In this document: one piece after another, positions 10,072 to 19,302 of the stretch
Position numbering within the stretch: the stretch's first letter is position 1
Layout: each line of letters opens with the position of its first letter
From: an uncultured Chloroflexus sp.
Lineage (GTDB): Bacteria > Chloroflexota > Chloroflexia > Chloroflexales > Chloroflexaceae
Assembly: GCF_937129525.1 (NCBI RefSeq)
Contig: NZ_CAKZNK010000046.1
Span: 24,681 to 88,680, forward strand
Reading direction: 5' to 3'
Length of the DNA stretch: 64,000 bases
Program-made: the position numbers and the translations under genes
The notes under the pieces: generated by a model
Seen by the model: only the letters and a program-made list of their open reading frames with translations
Databases searched by the model: none
Told to the model about the DNA's origin: nothing

Positions 10072-10926
10072 TCAACGCAGCCATGCTAGCGCGGTTGTGA
10101 CTACGATGATCGAGAAGAAGAGCAGGGCCAGGGGAAATCCTCCCAGGAGGATAATGAACGCGACGTAGGGCAATGACCCACAGGCATAGGCTACACTCAC
10201 CACTATCATCAACATACGACCGCGTTTGCGTCCCGTGGCCCAATCGACCAGGCGAGCCAGCGCGTTGCCGGTCATTGGCCCCAACAAGAATGCAACGATG
10301 AAGCCAAAAAAACCGGCCCAACCAATTGCGATACCAGCGAGAAACGTGGCGAACAGAGCATAGATGACGGCTACTACGCCGGCGACCAGCAACTGCGTCG
10401 GTCCCACCTGATAATTGACCGGTGTGCGCTCGCGGGCACACTCAAGACAAATCTGGCCTACCGGCGTGGCGCGCGCGCATTCCGGGCAGATCGGACGGCT
10501 GCAACTAATACAGCGCAAGCCGGTTTCTCGCTGCGGATGGCGGTAGCAGAACAACGTCTCGGTCTCGGTCACGGCATTAACCGGCGGCGGTTCTGTCACT
10601 TCAACGGCTTCTTCCCGTTCGCGTTCGCGCACCTGCACGCCGGTTGGAGCCAGCAATTCACCCGCAGCCAGCCGCGCTTCGACATGTTCAAGCGTGGCGC
10701 GCGCTTCGCTGTGGTTGGGATCAATGCTTAAGGCTCGCAACAGATACTCGCGCTTGTCACGGTATGGGCGCACTGCTGCCGCCATTCCCAGCAGTGCCTC
10801 GACGTGATTGGGATCAATCTCGAGCGCCTCGCGAAACCGCAAGCGCGCCGTCACCGTATCGCCAGCAATCAACGCTGCTCTGCCGGCAGCGGCCAGTTCA
10901 GCAGCCGTCATCGTCGATTCAGTCAT
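10072..10926 (-). CDS. TPR / B-box zinc-ribbon / four-TM membrane protein
   Basis: N-terminal TPR-like repeats (EIDPNHVEALLG, SIDPNHSEARA), the Cys cluster CYRHPQRETGLRCISCSRPICPECA...CLEC, and a hydrophobic C-terminal third. The ATG at 10926 is preceded by GGAGG and overlaps the upstream stop by 8 nt. Confidence 0.7.
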   Translation of the reverse strand: MTESTMTAAELAAAGRAALIAGDTVTARLRFREALEIDPNHVEALLGMAAAVRPYRDKREYLLRALSIDPNHSEARATLEHVEARLAAGELLAPTGVQVREREREEAVEVTEPPPVNAVTETETLFCYRHPQRETGLRCISCSRPICPECARATPVGQICLECARERTPVNYQVGPTQLLVAGVVAVIYALFATFLAGIAIGWAGFFGFIVAFLLGPMTGNALARLVDWATGRKRGRMLMIVVSVAYACGSLPYVAFIILLGGFPLALLFFSIIVVTTALAWLR

Positions 10927-11704
10927 AGCGCCTCCGCAAGACGAAAAAGTAGTAGGGGGCATCGTCCGGCGCCGGCGCCTCATAGATCCGGCGCAGGATC
11001 GGTTCCCATAACAGATTTGGCGTGAAGGGTGGCGCCAGCAGCCAGCGACCGGTCAGGGCGCGGGTGATCAGGCTCGGCGCGCCATAGTAGTGGCTGAAAT
11101 CAAACAACTTCAACGCCGCGTCACTCAGGTAGGGCCGACACACTTCAACCGTAAAGCCGGCCTGTTCAAACCGGCGCGTCCATTCTGACCGGCTGAGCGT
11201 ATTGTGATGATCCGAAATGCGGTTGAACCAGCGGCCATACTGACTTCCATTGAGACCGAGTCGGTTGAGCAGCCATGTGCCGAGCAGCTCTCGCGGGAAG
11301 CGATCGCCAACTACCGAAGCAACGAACACCCCACCTGGACGCACTACCCGCGCCACTTCGCGCAAGGTCTGATCGAGCGGCACAACATGTTCAAGCACGC
11401 AATTCGAGATTGCCGCCGCAAATGATCCATCGGCAAATGGTATGGCTGCGCCATTTGCAACGCAGAGACCGGCGTAAACACCGCGCTGCGCCGCTTCGCG
11501 GGTATCGGCCCGACGCGGATCAATCCCGATAATGCGTTTACCGGGCAGCGCAATCTGCACAAACGTGCCATCACCCGAACCAATATCGATGATCGGTTCA
11601 GGAAGTTCGGGTACCATCTCGGCGAACAGGCGCGCCTCAACCGCGCGAATCATCGCTCGATGAATGGGTAGTGTCAACAGATGTGGCCGTAAATAGTCAG
11701 GCAT
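10919..11704 (-). CDS. Class I SAM-dependent methyltransferase
   Basis: Motif I is IIDIGSGDGTF and the overall sequence looks type-11 methyltransferase-like. I chose the start at ATG 11704 (MPDYLRP...) because the longer track ORF overlaps the upstream gene. Confidence 0.8.
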   Translation of the reverse strand: MPDYLRPHLLTLPIHRAMIRAVEARLFAEMVPELPEPIIDIGSGDGTFVQIALPGKRIIGIDPRRADTREAAQRGVYAGLCVANGAAIPFADGSFAAAISNCVLEHVVPLDQTLREVARVVRPGGVFVASVVGDRFPRELLGTWLLNRLGLNGSQYGRWFNRISDHHNTLSRSEWTRRFEQAGFTVEVCRPYLSDAALKLFDFSHYYGAPSLITRALTGRWLLAPPFTPNLLWEPILRRIYEAPAPDDAPYYFFVLRRRYD

Positions 11705-11765
11705 ACGCTCGTCACATCGCATCTGTGCGCTATTGTGTCCATCACTACCATTGTACCGCGTTCGT

Positions 11766-12914
11766 TTAACCCGCAACGCCGAGCGCGCGAAACAGACGCT
11801 CATATTCATCAACTGTGCGTTCCGTGCTAAACAACGCCGCCACCTCCTCGCGCGGTCGCACATAGCTAGCGCGATTGGCAATGATCTCCAGAATGGCATC
11901 GGCCAGCGCAGTGGCGTCGCCAATCGGGACAACCTTTCCCATCCCGGTCATCAATGGCGGCTGACGCACTCCCGGCAGATTGCTGGCGACGGTTGGTGTG
12001 CCGCACAACATTGCTTCAACCTGCACCAGGCCAAAGGTCTCGGTCGAATTCAGTGACGGTACGACCAGCACATCGAGATTGGGAAAGAATGCCGCCATTT
12101 CACGCGGACTCAGCGTTCCCAGAAATGTCCAGTGATCGCGGAAACGCTCGAACAGCGGCGCCAATCGACGCGCGTAAGCCTCCTCGCCCAAGACGTGCTC
12201 GTGCTGCCCGGCAAAGAGCACTCGCGCCGTTGGGTAAACGGTCAAAATGCGCGGCAGTGCCGCGAGCAACACTTCGACTCCCTTCTCTGCCGCCAGACGA
12301 GCCGCCATACCGATAACCGGCCCTTGCAGATTCCAGCGCCGCCGGAAGGCGGCAATGTCTGCCGCTGACACTTCCGCTACCTCTACCGGCGGGGGGATGA
12401 TCGTCACCTTTTCGCGCCAGCGCCGCAGGTACGGCGAGTGATCGGCAAAATCCTGCGTGTAAGCGACGATGCGCGTCGCCAGGGCTGCTGCCACCTGATT
12501 GGTCACATCAACCACTCGATTGGCTACCCGATTGAGCCATCCCGGTGGCAATTTGAGATCACTATGGTAGGTGAGTACAACCGGCTGCTTCAGCAATCTG
12601 CCGCGCAGCGCCAGCCCCGGCGCATCGAATTGAGGCAAATGCAGACTCATCGCGTCGTGCTCAAGGGATAGCCGGGTGGCGAGCCAGCCAAACGTGGGCA
12701 TAATCACGCCCTTGCTCACCCGTGCCAGCACCGGCGCGCGCGCGATCCGCACGCCATCGAGTATTTCGAAGCGCGGCAGACTCGGATCATATTGCGAAGT
12801 TAAAATGGTAACTTTGTGACCCCGCCGGGCCAGACCGCGGGCTAACCGTTCGACATAGATGGTGAGACCACTGGTATAGGGACGATAATAGGTCAGTGCG
12901 CAAAAGATTCGCAT
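11766..12914 (-). CDS. Family 4 (GT-B) glycosyltransferase
   Basis: 382-aa ORF whose C-terminal domain carries the E-x7-E context ETFGLVQVEAMLCGTP. Confidence 0.85.
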   Translation of the reverse strand: MRIFCALTYYRPYTSGLTIYVERLARGLARRGHKVTILTSQYDPSLPRFEILDGVRIARAPVLARVSKGVIMPTFGWLATRLSLEHDAMSLHLPQFDAPGLALRGRLLKQPVVLTYHSDLKLPPGWLNRVANRVVDVTNQVAAALATRIVAYTQDFADHSPYLRRWREKVTIIPPPVEVAEVSAADIAAFRRRWNLQGPVIGMAARLAAEKGVEVLLAALPRILTVYPTARVLFAGQHEHVLGEEAYARRLAPLFERFRDHWTFLGTLSPREMAAFFPNLDVLVVPSLNSTETFGLVQVEAMLCGTPTVASNLPGVRQPPLMTGMGKVVPIGDATALADAILEIIANRASYVRPREEVAALFSTERTVDEYERLFRALGVAG

Positions 12915-12971
12915 GGTACGCCATGAAACAAAGAACGAGAGGCGATCAACCTCTCGCTTAGTAGATGCCTC

Positions 12972-13046
12972 TGGAGGCGACGGCGGGAATCGAACCCGCG
13001 AATGGCGGTTTTGCAGACCGCTGCATTACCACTTTGCTACGTCGCC
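12972..13046 (-). tRNA. tRNA-Cys (GCA)
   Basis: The minus strand folds as a 75-nt cloverleaf: GGCGACG-UA-GCA-AAGUGGUAA-UGC-A-GCGGU-CUGCAAA-ACCGC-CAUUC-GCGGG-UUCGAUU-CCCGC-CGUCGCC-U-CCA. The anticodon is GCA, the discriminator is U and the CCA is encoded. Confidence 0.93.
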
Positions 13047-13090
13047 ATCGGCCTTATTGTAGCACAGGCAAGCCAACCGCGCAACTTGAG

Positions 13091-13567
13091 TCACCGCTGC
13101 GCGGCAATTGCGCCTATCGTCGATCCCAGCGCGCGCGCAAGATCGGTCGGCGCCAGACCCAGCATCACCCCGCGCTGACCGGCATTGACGTAGATCACCG
13201 GATGAACGAGCGCCGTCTCATCCAGATACGAATTCCACCGCTTCGCGACTAATGCCAGCGCGCCAATCCCACCCACTCGCAACCCGGTTAAGCGCTCAGC
13301 TTCGGCGCGCGGTACCATGTCGAGGCGTTTTACGCCAGCGAGCGCGGCCAGCCGTTTCAGATCGAGCTGACTGTTGGCCGGCACCATTGCCAGTACCGGA
13401 CGAAGGCCGGCCCCGCCAGCTACCAGCGTCTTAAACACCTGTTCCGCCGGCACTCCAATCGCCGCCGCCACCGCTACTGCATCTGGCGCTGCCGGATCGT
13501 ATTCGTGAACTGAATAGGGAATGCGATGCCGATCTAGCAAGCGCATTGAATTTAGTTTGTCTGCCAT
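13091..13567 (-). CDS. ybaK: YbaK/EbsC-type Cys-tRNA(Pro) deacylase
   Basis: 158-aa ORF with a YbaK-like sequence (AIGVPAEQVFKTLV...NAGQRG). Confidence 0.8.
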   Translation of the reverse strand: MADKLNSMRLLDRHRIPYSVHEYDPAAPDAVAVAAAIGVPAEQVFKTLVAGGAGLRPVLAMVPANSQLDLKRLAALAGVKRLDMVPRAEAERLTGLRVGGIGALALVAKRWNSYLDETALVHPVIYVNAGQRGVMLGLAPTDLARALGSTIGAIAAQR

Positions 13568-13577
13568 CCTGATTGTC

Positions 13578-14597
13578 TCACAACGAAGCCGCTACCGGCG
13601 ATTGCTCTTTCACCAAAGGGATGGTAACCCAAAAGGTTGTTCCCTTGCCGGGCTGGCTCATCACGGCAATCGAACCATCCATCGCCTGGCACAGACGCTG
13701 GGCAATAGCCAACCCGATGCCGACACCACTGTAACGTTTCGTCAATTGCTCTTCAAAACGGGTAAACGGCTCGAAGATCAGATCGAGTTGCGCGCCCGTC
13801 ATCCCTTCGCCGGTATCACTCACCTTCATTTGTAACAGCGGTGGCCCTTTACCATTGTTGTGGATCGTCACCGTTAGCCTGATCTCACCCTGATGAGTGA
13901 ACCTGGTTGCATTCTGCAAAAGGTGTAACAAAATCTGTCGAACCTTTGCCCGGTCAATCTCTACGATCGTGGTCGGATCTACCTCCAGCTCAATCATTAA
14001 CTGATTATTTCGCTCGCTGGCAAGCGGCAAAATTGCAGTTTTCACTTCATCGATTACTAAACCAATTGGCCATCGTCCGCGATTCACCACTACATCGCCA
14101 GCCTCCAAACGGGTCAACTCGAGTATCTCATTGACGAGCGCCAGTAATTGCCTTGCTGCTGAATTGATTCGTTGCAAATAGTTTAGGGTTTGCTCTGTCT
14201 GTAACAAACCGTTCTCTGCGTCTTCGGCTAACAATTCGCTATAGCCGATAACGATGCTGAGCGGTGTGCGAAATTCGTGACTCATATTGGCCAGAAACGC
14301 ACTTTTCGCTCGCGTAGCGGCAATTGCCGTCTTGCGCACTTCGTTCAGCTCGCGCTCTAATTCCAACAGTTCTTGCTGCAAATGTAGCCGTTGCCTGCGC
14401 TCACGCCAGTACAGCCACAGACTCCAGCTCAGGCCGCCACTGAGCGCAACCATTACCGCAAGCCAGGGTTGTTCTTTCAGTGTCAGCACATAGATAGCCA
14501 GAGCCAGCAACCCCAATAGCAGCGCTCCGACCATCAAACGCCAGGCCCCTGCTAGCAGCAACCGCCATCGTTCCTGCCACAGCAATTTCAATTTCAA
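13578..14597 (-). CDS. Membrane sensor histidine kinase
   Basis: Two N-terminal TM spans, H-box FLANMSHEFRTPL, and G-boxes DTGEGM and GVGIGLAIAQ. Confidence 0.85.
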   Translation of the reverse strand: MKLKLLWQERWRLLLAGAWRLMVGALLLGLLALAIYVLTLKEQPWLAVMVALSGGLSWSLWLYWRERRQRLHLQQELLELERELNEVRKTAIAATRAKSAFLANMSHEFRTPLSIVIGYSELLAEDAENGLLQTEQTLNYLQRINSAARQLLALVNEILELTRLEAGDVVVNRGRWPIGLVIDEVKTAILPLASERNNQLMIELEVDPTTIVEIDRAKVRQILLHLLQNATRFTHQGEIRLTVTIHNNGKGPPLLQMKVSDTGEGMTGAQLDLIFEPFTRFEEQLTKRYSGVGIGLAIAQRLCQAMDGSIAVMSQPGKGTTFWVTIPLVKEQSPVAASL

Positions 14598-14872
14598 GCG
14601 CAGGCCTCGAAAATCTGGACGTATTCAAAGGCATCTACATACCACTATTTTAGCATACGGCAACAATGAACCTTCTCAGGCAGACATTAACCTTTCCGAT
14701 AGATCATTGGCCTGACACTCACGACTGCGAGCAATGGCCTGCTACCAGTCTAAAGATCATCGCGCCGCGCTATTCCCATCTGCAAAGATAGCGCAGTCTC
14801 TTCTGCTATCAGAACACCCCAGACTTCTGAAGCCAGTTCTTCTCTTTTCTTACAGTCGTAAACTTTATACTC

Positions 14873-16009
14873 TTACCCGGCCATTACCTGATCAAGAAAA
14901 TCGCGAATCAATTCACTCTGCGCAGCCATATCGGTCAAGAAGGCATCATGCCCGGCGTCAGTGGCGATCAGATGGGTCGTAAACGAACGACCAGCCGCTT
15001 GCGCTGCTGCCGCCATCTGAAAGGTTTCGGCTGGCGGATAGAGCCAATCGCTGCTATAAGCCAGACCGAGAAAACGCGCGCGCGCCTGATCGAACGCGGC
15101 TGTCAGTGAACCGTAGCGCGCCGTAAGATCCCAGTTATCCATCGCCCGCGTAATCACCAGATAGGAGTTAGCATCGAAACGGTCATTAAACCGGGCCGCC
15201 TGATGTTCGAGATAGTGCTCGATAGCAAAACGTGGTTCTAAATCGAGGGTGTCGGGATCACTGCGCCGTCCAAACCGTTTCTCCAGCTTCTCTTCGCAGA
15301 GGTAGGTGATGTGACCAAGCATGCGCGCCACAGCCAGCCCATCACGCGGTGGTTCGCTATCGTAATAGTCGCCACCTCGCCAGCGCGGATCGGACATAAT
15401 CGCGCGTCGGCCAATGTAGTTCCAGGCTACCGTTTGCGGGCTTGAACGCGCGCTGGTTGCCAGCAAGATCGCGCTCCGCACCCGCTGCGGATATTCCACT
15501 GCCCAGGCCAATGCCTGAAACCCACCCATCGAACCACCGGCAACTGCCAGTAACGTTTCAATTCCCAGCGCATCGATCAGGCGCTGCTGCGCATGCACCA
15601 TGTCTTCGATGGTGATCATCGGAAAGCGTGACCCGTAGGGCTTGCCATCGCTCGGATGCGGGCTTGACGGGCCGGTTGAGCCGCGACAGCCGCCAATCAC
15701 GTTCGAGCAGATTACAAAGTAGCGATTGGTATCGAACGGCCTGCCCGGGCCAATCATTGCATCCCACCAGCCCGGTTTGCGATCGGTGGGGCTATGGTAG
15801 CCGGCAGCATGCGCGTCGCCCGACAGGGCATGCAGGATCAAGATCGCATTCGAACGATCGGCATTCAATTCGCCGTAAGTCTCATATGCCAGCGTTAATG
15901 GCCCAAGCGCTGCGCCACTCGTCAGCGTCAGCGGCGTCGTCCAATGCATTCGTTGGGTACGCACATAGCCAACCCCCTCCGGGGTTGGCGCATGAACTAC
16001 AGCTTCCAT
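14873..16009 (-). CDS. metX: Homoserine O-acetyltransferase
   Basis: MetX-like alpha/beta hydrolase with the nucleophile elbow GGSMGG. I preferred the ATG at 16009 (MEAVVHAP...); the track start is 16066. Confidence 0.88.
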   Translation of the reverse strand: MEAVVHAPTPEGVGYVRTQRMHWTTPLTLTSGAALGPLTLAYETYGELNADRSNAILILHALSGDAHAAGYHSPTDRKPGWWDAMIGPGRPFDTNRYFVICSNVIGGCRGSTGPSSPHPSDGKPYGSRFPMITIEDMVHAQQRLIDALGIETLLAVAGGSMGGFQALAWAVEYPQRVRSAILLATSARSSPQTVAWNYIGRRAIMSDPRWRGGDYYDSEPPRDGLAVARMLGHITYLCEEKLEKRFGRRSDPDTLDLEPRFAIEHYLEHQAARFNDRFDANSYLVITRAMDNWDLTARYGSLTAAFDQARARFLGLAYSSDWLYPPAETFQMAAAAQAAGRSFTTHLIATDAGHDAFLTDMAAQSELIRDFLDQVMAG

Positions 16010-16087
16010 CTTGCGCTCTCCCTGTCTACCCACACGCCTGATGGTTAGCGGTGGCGGCGACGCCATTGTCGCCGCTTCCCCTGCATT

Positions 16088-17653
<1,566 letters not shown>

Positions 17654-17658
17654 TCAAT

Positions 17659-17688
17659 AATATAAACTATGCAACGCGCCTTTGTCAA
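17659..17688 (-). promoter_or_regulatory. Candidate promoter of the riboswitch-metY-metX transcript
   Basis: The minus strand reads TTGACA (17688..17683) - 18 nt - TATATT (17664..17659). Confidence 0.4.
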
Positions 17689-17743
17689 GTATCAGAATAA
17701 CCATCAATCGGCAATCGATTGCCGACTTCGTCGATCTGTGACC

Positions 17744-17772
17744 TTGACAAAGCGCTTGCAATTAGGTACGAT
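17744..17772 (+). promoter_or_regulatory. Candidate promoter of the coxG-S-L-M cluster
   Basis: TTGACA (17744..17749) - 17 nt - TACGAT (17767..17772). It is divergent from the metY promoter. Confidence 0.4.
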
Positions 17773-17936
17773 GATTATGGAACCCATAACCTAAATGTAC
17801 ATATATTCATTGTTGATCGTTCACAAGCATTGTATTAGTGGCGACACCTCAACGTCGAGCTGTTGCTTCCGTCAATGCTTACCTGTCCAGAGGTTGTTCG
17901 GCTCACTATATCTGAACCGGACAGCAAGGAGTCATC

Positions 17937-18665
17937 GTGAAGATCGCCGGCAATTATTCCTTTGCGGCCAGTCGTGAAGAGGTGTGGGCAGCATTGAATG
18001 ATCCAGAAGTATTGGCCCGCACTATTCCTGGTTGTCAGCGTCTTGAGCAAGTTGGCGAAAACGAGTACGAGAGCACGTTGAAGATTGGGTTGCAAGCGGT
18101 ACGGGGTGTATACAGCGGTCGGGTGAAGATTGACAATCTCCGCCCACCAGAGTCATATGAGATCCATGTTGATGGCAAAGGCAGCAATGGTTTCCTGAAA
18201 GGTTCAGGTAGTATTCTCCTCCGCGAGGAGAATGGGCAAACAATTCTAGACTATGGCGGTGAAGCGCACATCGGCGGCACTATCGCCAGTGTTGGACAGC
18301 GATTGCTCGATGGCGCGGCAAAGACGCTCATTTCGCAGAGCCTCAAAGCGCTGGCAGCACAAATTGAAGCTCGTCGCACCGAAGCGCCGACACCCGAACT
18401 GGCTGCCGCCACTACACCCGAACCGGCTGAGACGCCAACACCCGAACCGGCTGCCGCCACCACACCCGAACCGGCTGCCGCCACCACACCCGAACCGGCT
18501 GAGACGCCAGCATTTCGTCGCACTATTCAGGTGCCAGCAGGTGAAGGCCTTAGTGAGGTTGACGTTGCCCTGGGCGTCATTGAAGATTTTCTCAAAGAGC
18601 GACCCTGGGTACCCTGGGTTATTATCGCATTCTTGCTTGGCTATCTACTGGGTCAGCGTCGTTAA
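17937..18665 (+). CDS. coxG: CoxG-like SRPBCC protein with repeat linker and C-terminal TM anchor
   Basis: The GTG start is preceded by AAGGAG. The N-terminal ~145 aa are CoxG-like (MKIAGNYSF...VWAALNDPEVL). They are followed by TPEPAAAT/TPEPAETP repeats and the hydrophobic tail PWVPWVIIAFLLGYLLG. Confidence 0.8.
   Translation: MKIAGNYSFAASREEVWAALNDPEVLARTIPGCQRLEQVGENEYESTLKIGLQAVRGVYSGRVKIDNLRPPESYEIHVDGKGSNGFLKGSGSILLREENGQTILDYGGEAHIGGTIASVGQRLLDGAAKTLISQSLKALAAQIEARRTEAPTPELAAATTPEPAETPTPEPAAATTPEPAAATTPEPAETPAFRRTIQVPAGEGLSEVDVALGVIEDFLKERPWVPWVIIAFLLGYLLGQRR
18390..18509. repeat. Five tandem 24-bp in-frame repeats inside coxG
   Basis: The units ACACCCGAACCGGCTGCCGCCACC and ACACCCGAACCGGCTGAGACGCCA alternate. 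They encode TPEPAAAT / TPEPAETP. Confidence 0.9.
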
Positions 18666-18776
18666 CAGTATCGCTAATTAGTCGGGCAATCACACCATTG
18701 CCATTGTTCCACCGGTCATGCCCGTCGTTCGCAATAGTCTAGTTGTTCGCTTCGCAGTCAACGAGGAGGTTGGAGA

Positions 18777-19259
18777 GTGACAACGATTACGGTCACGGTC
18801 AATGGCATTCGCTATACCAGTGAGGTTGAGCCGCGCTTGCTCCTGGTACATTACCTGCGCGAGCACCTCAATTTGACGGGCACTCATATCGGGTGTGACA
18901 CCAGCCAGTGTGGCGCTTGTGTAGTTCACATCAACGGCGTGAGCGTCAAATCCTGTACCACGCTGGCAGTCCAGTGTGATGGCGCTGAGATTACTACCAT
19001 AGAAGGCCTGTCCAGCGATGGGCAGCTTCACCCCTTGCAAGAAGGATTCTGGGAAAAGCACGGTCTTCAGTGCGGCTTCTGCACCCCTGGCATGATCATG
19101 GCAGCCGCCGATCTGCTCAAACGGAACCCCAACCCCACCGAAGAGGAGATCCGCCACGGCCTGGAGGGCAACCTCTGCCGCTGCACCGGCTATGAGAACA
19201 TCGTTCGGGCTGTGCGCTACGCCGCTGAAAAGATGGCCGCAGCACAGGCCGCTGATTAA
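18777..19259 (+). CDS. coxS: [2Fe-2S] small subunit of a xanthine dehydrogenase/CODH-family molybdoenzyme
   Basis: 160-aa ORF with two 2Fe-2S motifs ([11 protein letters not shown] and CGFCTPG...CRCTGY). Confidence 0.9.
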   Translation: MTTITVTVNGIRYTSEVEPRLLLVHYLREHLNLTGTHIGCDTSQCGACVVHINGVSVKSCTTLAVQCDGAEITTIEGLSSDGQLHPLQEGFWEKHGLQCGFCTPGMIMAAADLLKRNPNPTEEEIRHGLEGNLCRCTGYENIVRAVRYAAEKMAAAQAAD

Positions 19260-19302
19260 TCCGTCCGGCAGATTTCACAACGAACCTAGTGAGGAGTCGA
19301 GG

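Noticed and set aside
18390-18509. Tandem repeats (here and at 59045..59137) as possible CRISPR or other non-coding arrays.
   Set aside because: The units are contiguous with no spacers. They stay in frame within long ORFs and encode low-complexity Pro/Ala or Glu/Arg/Ala linkers.
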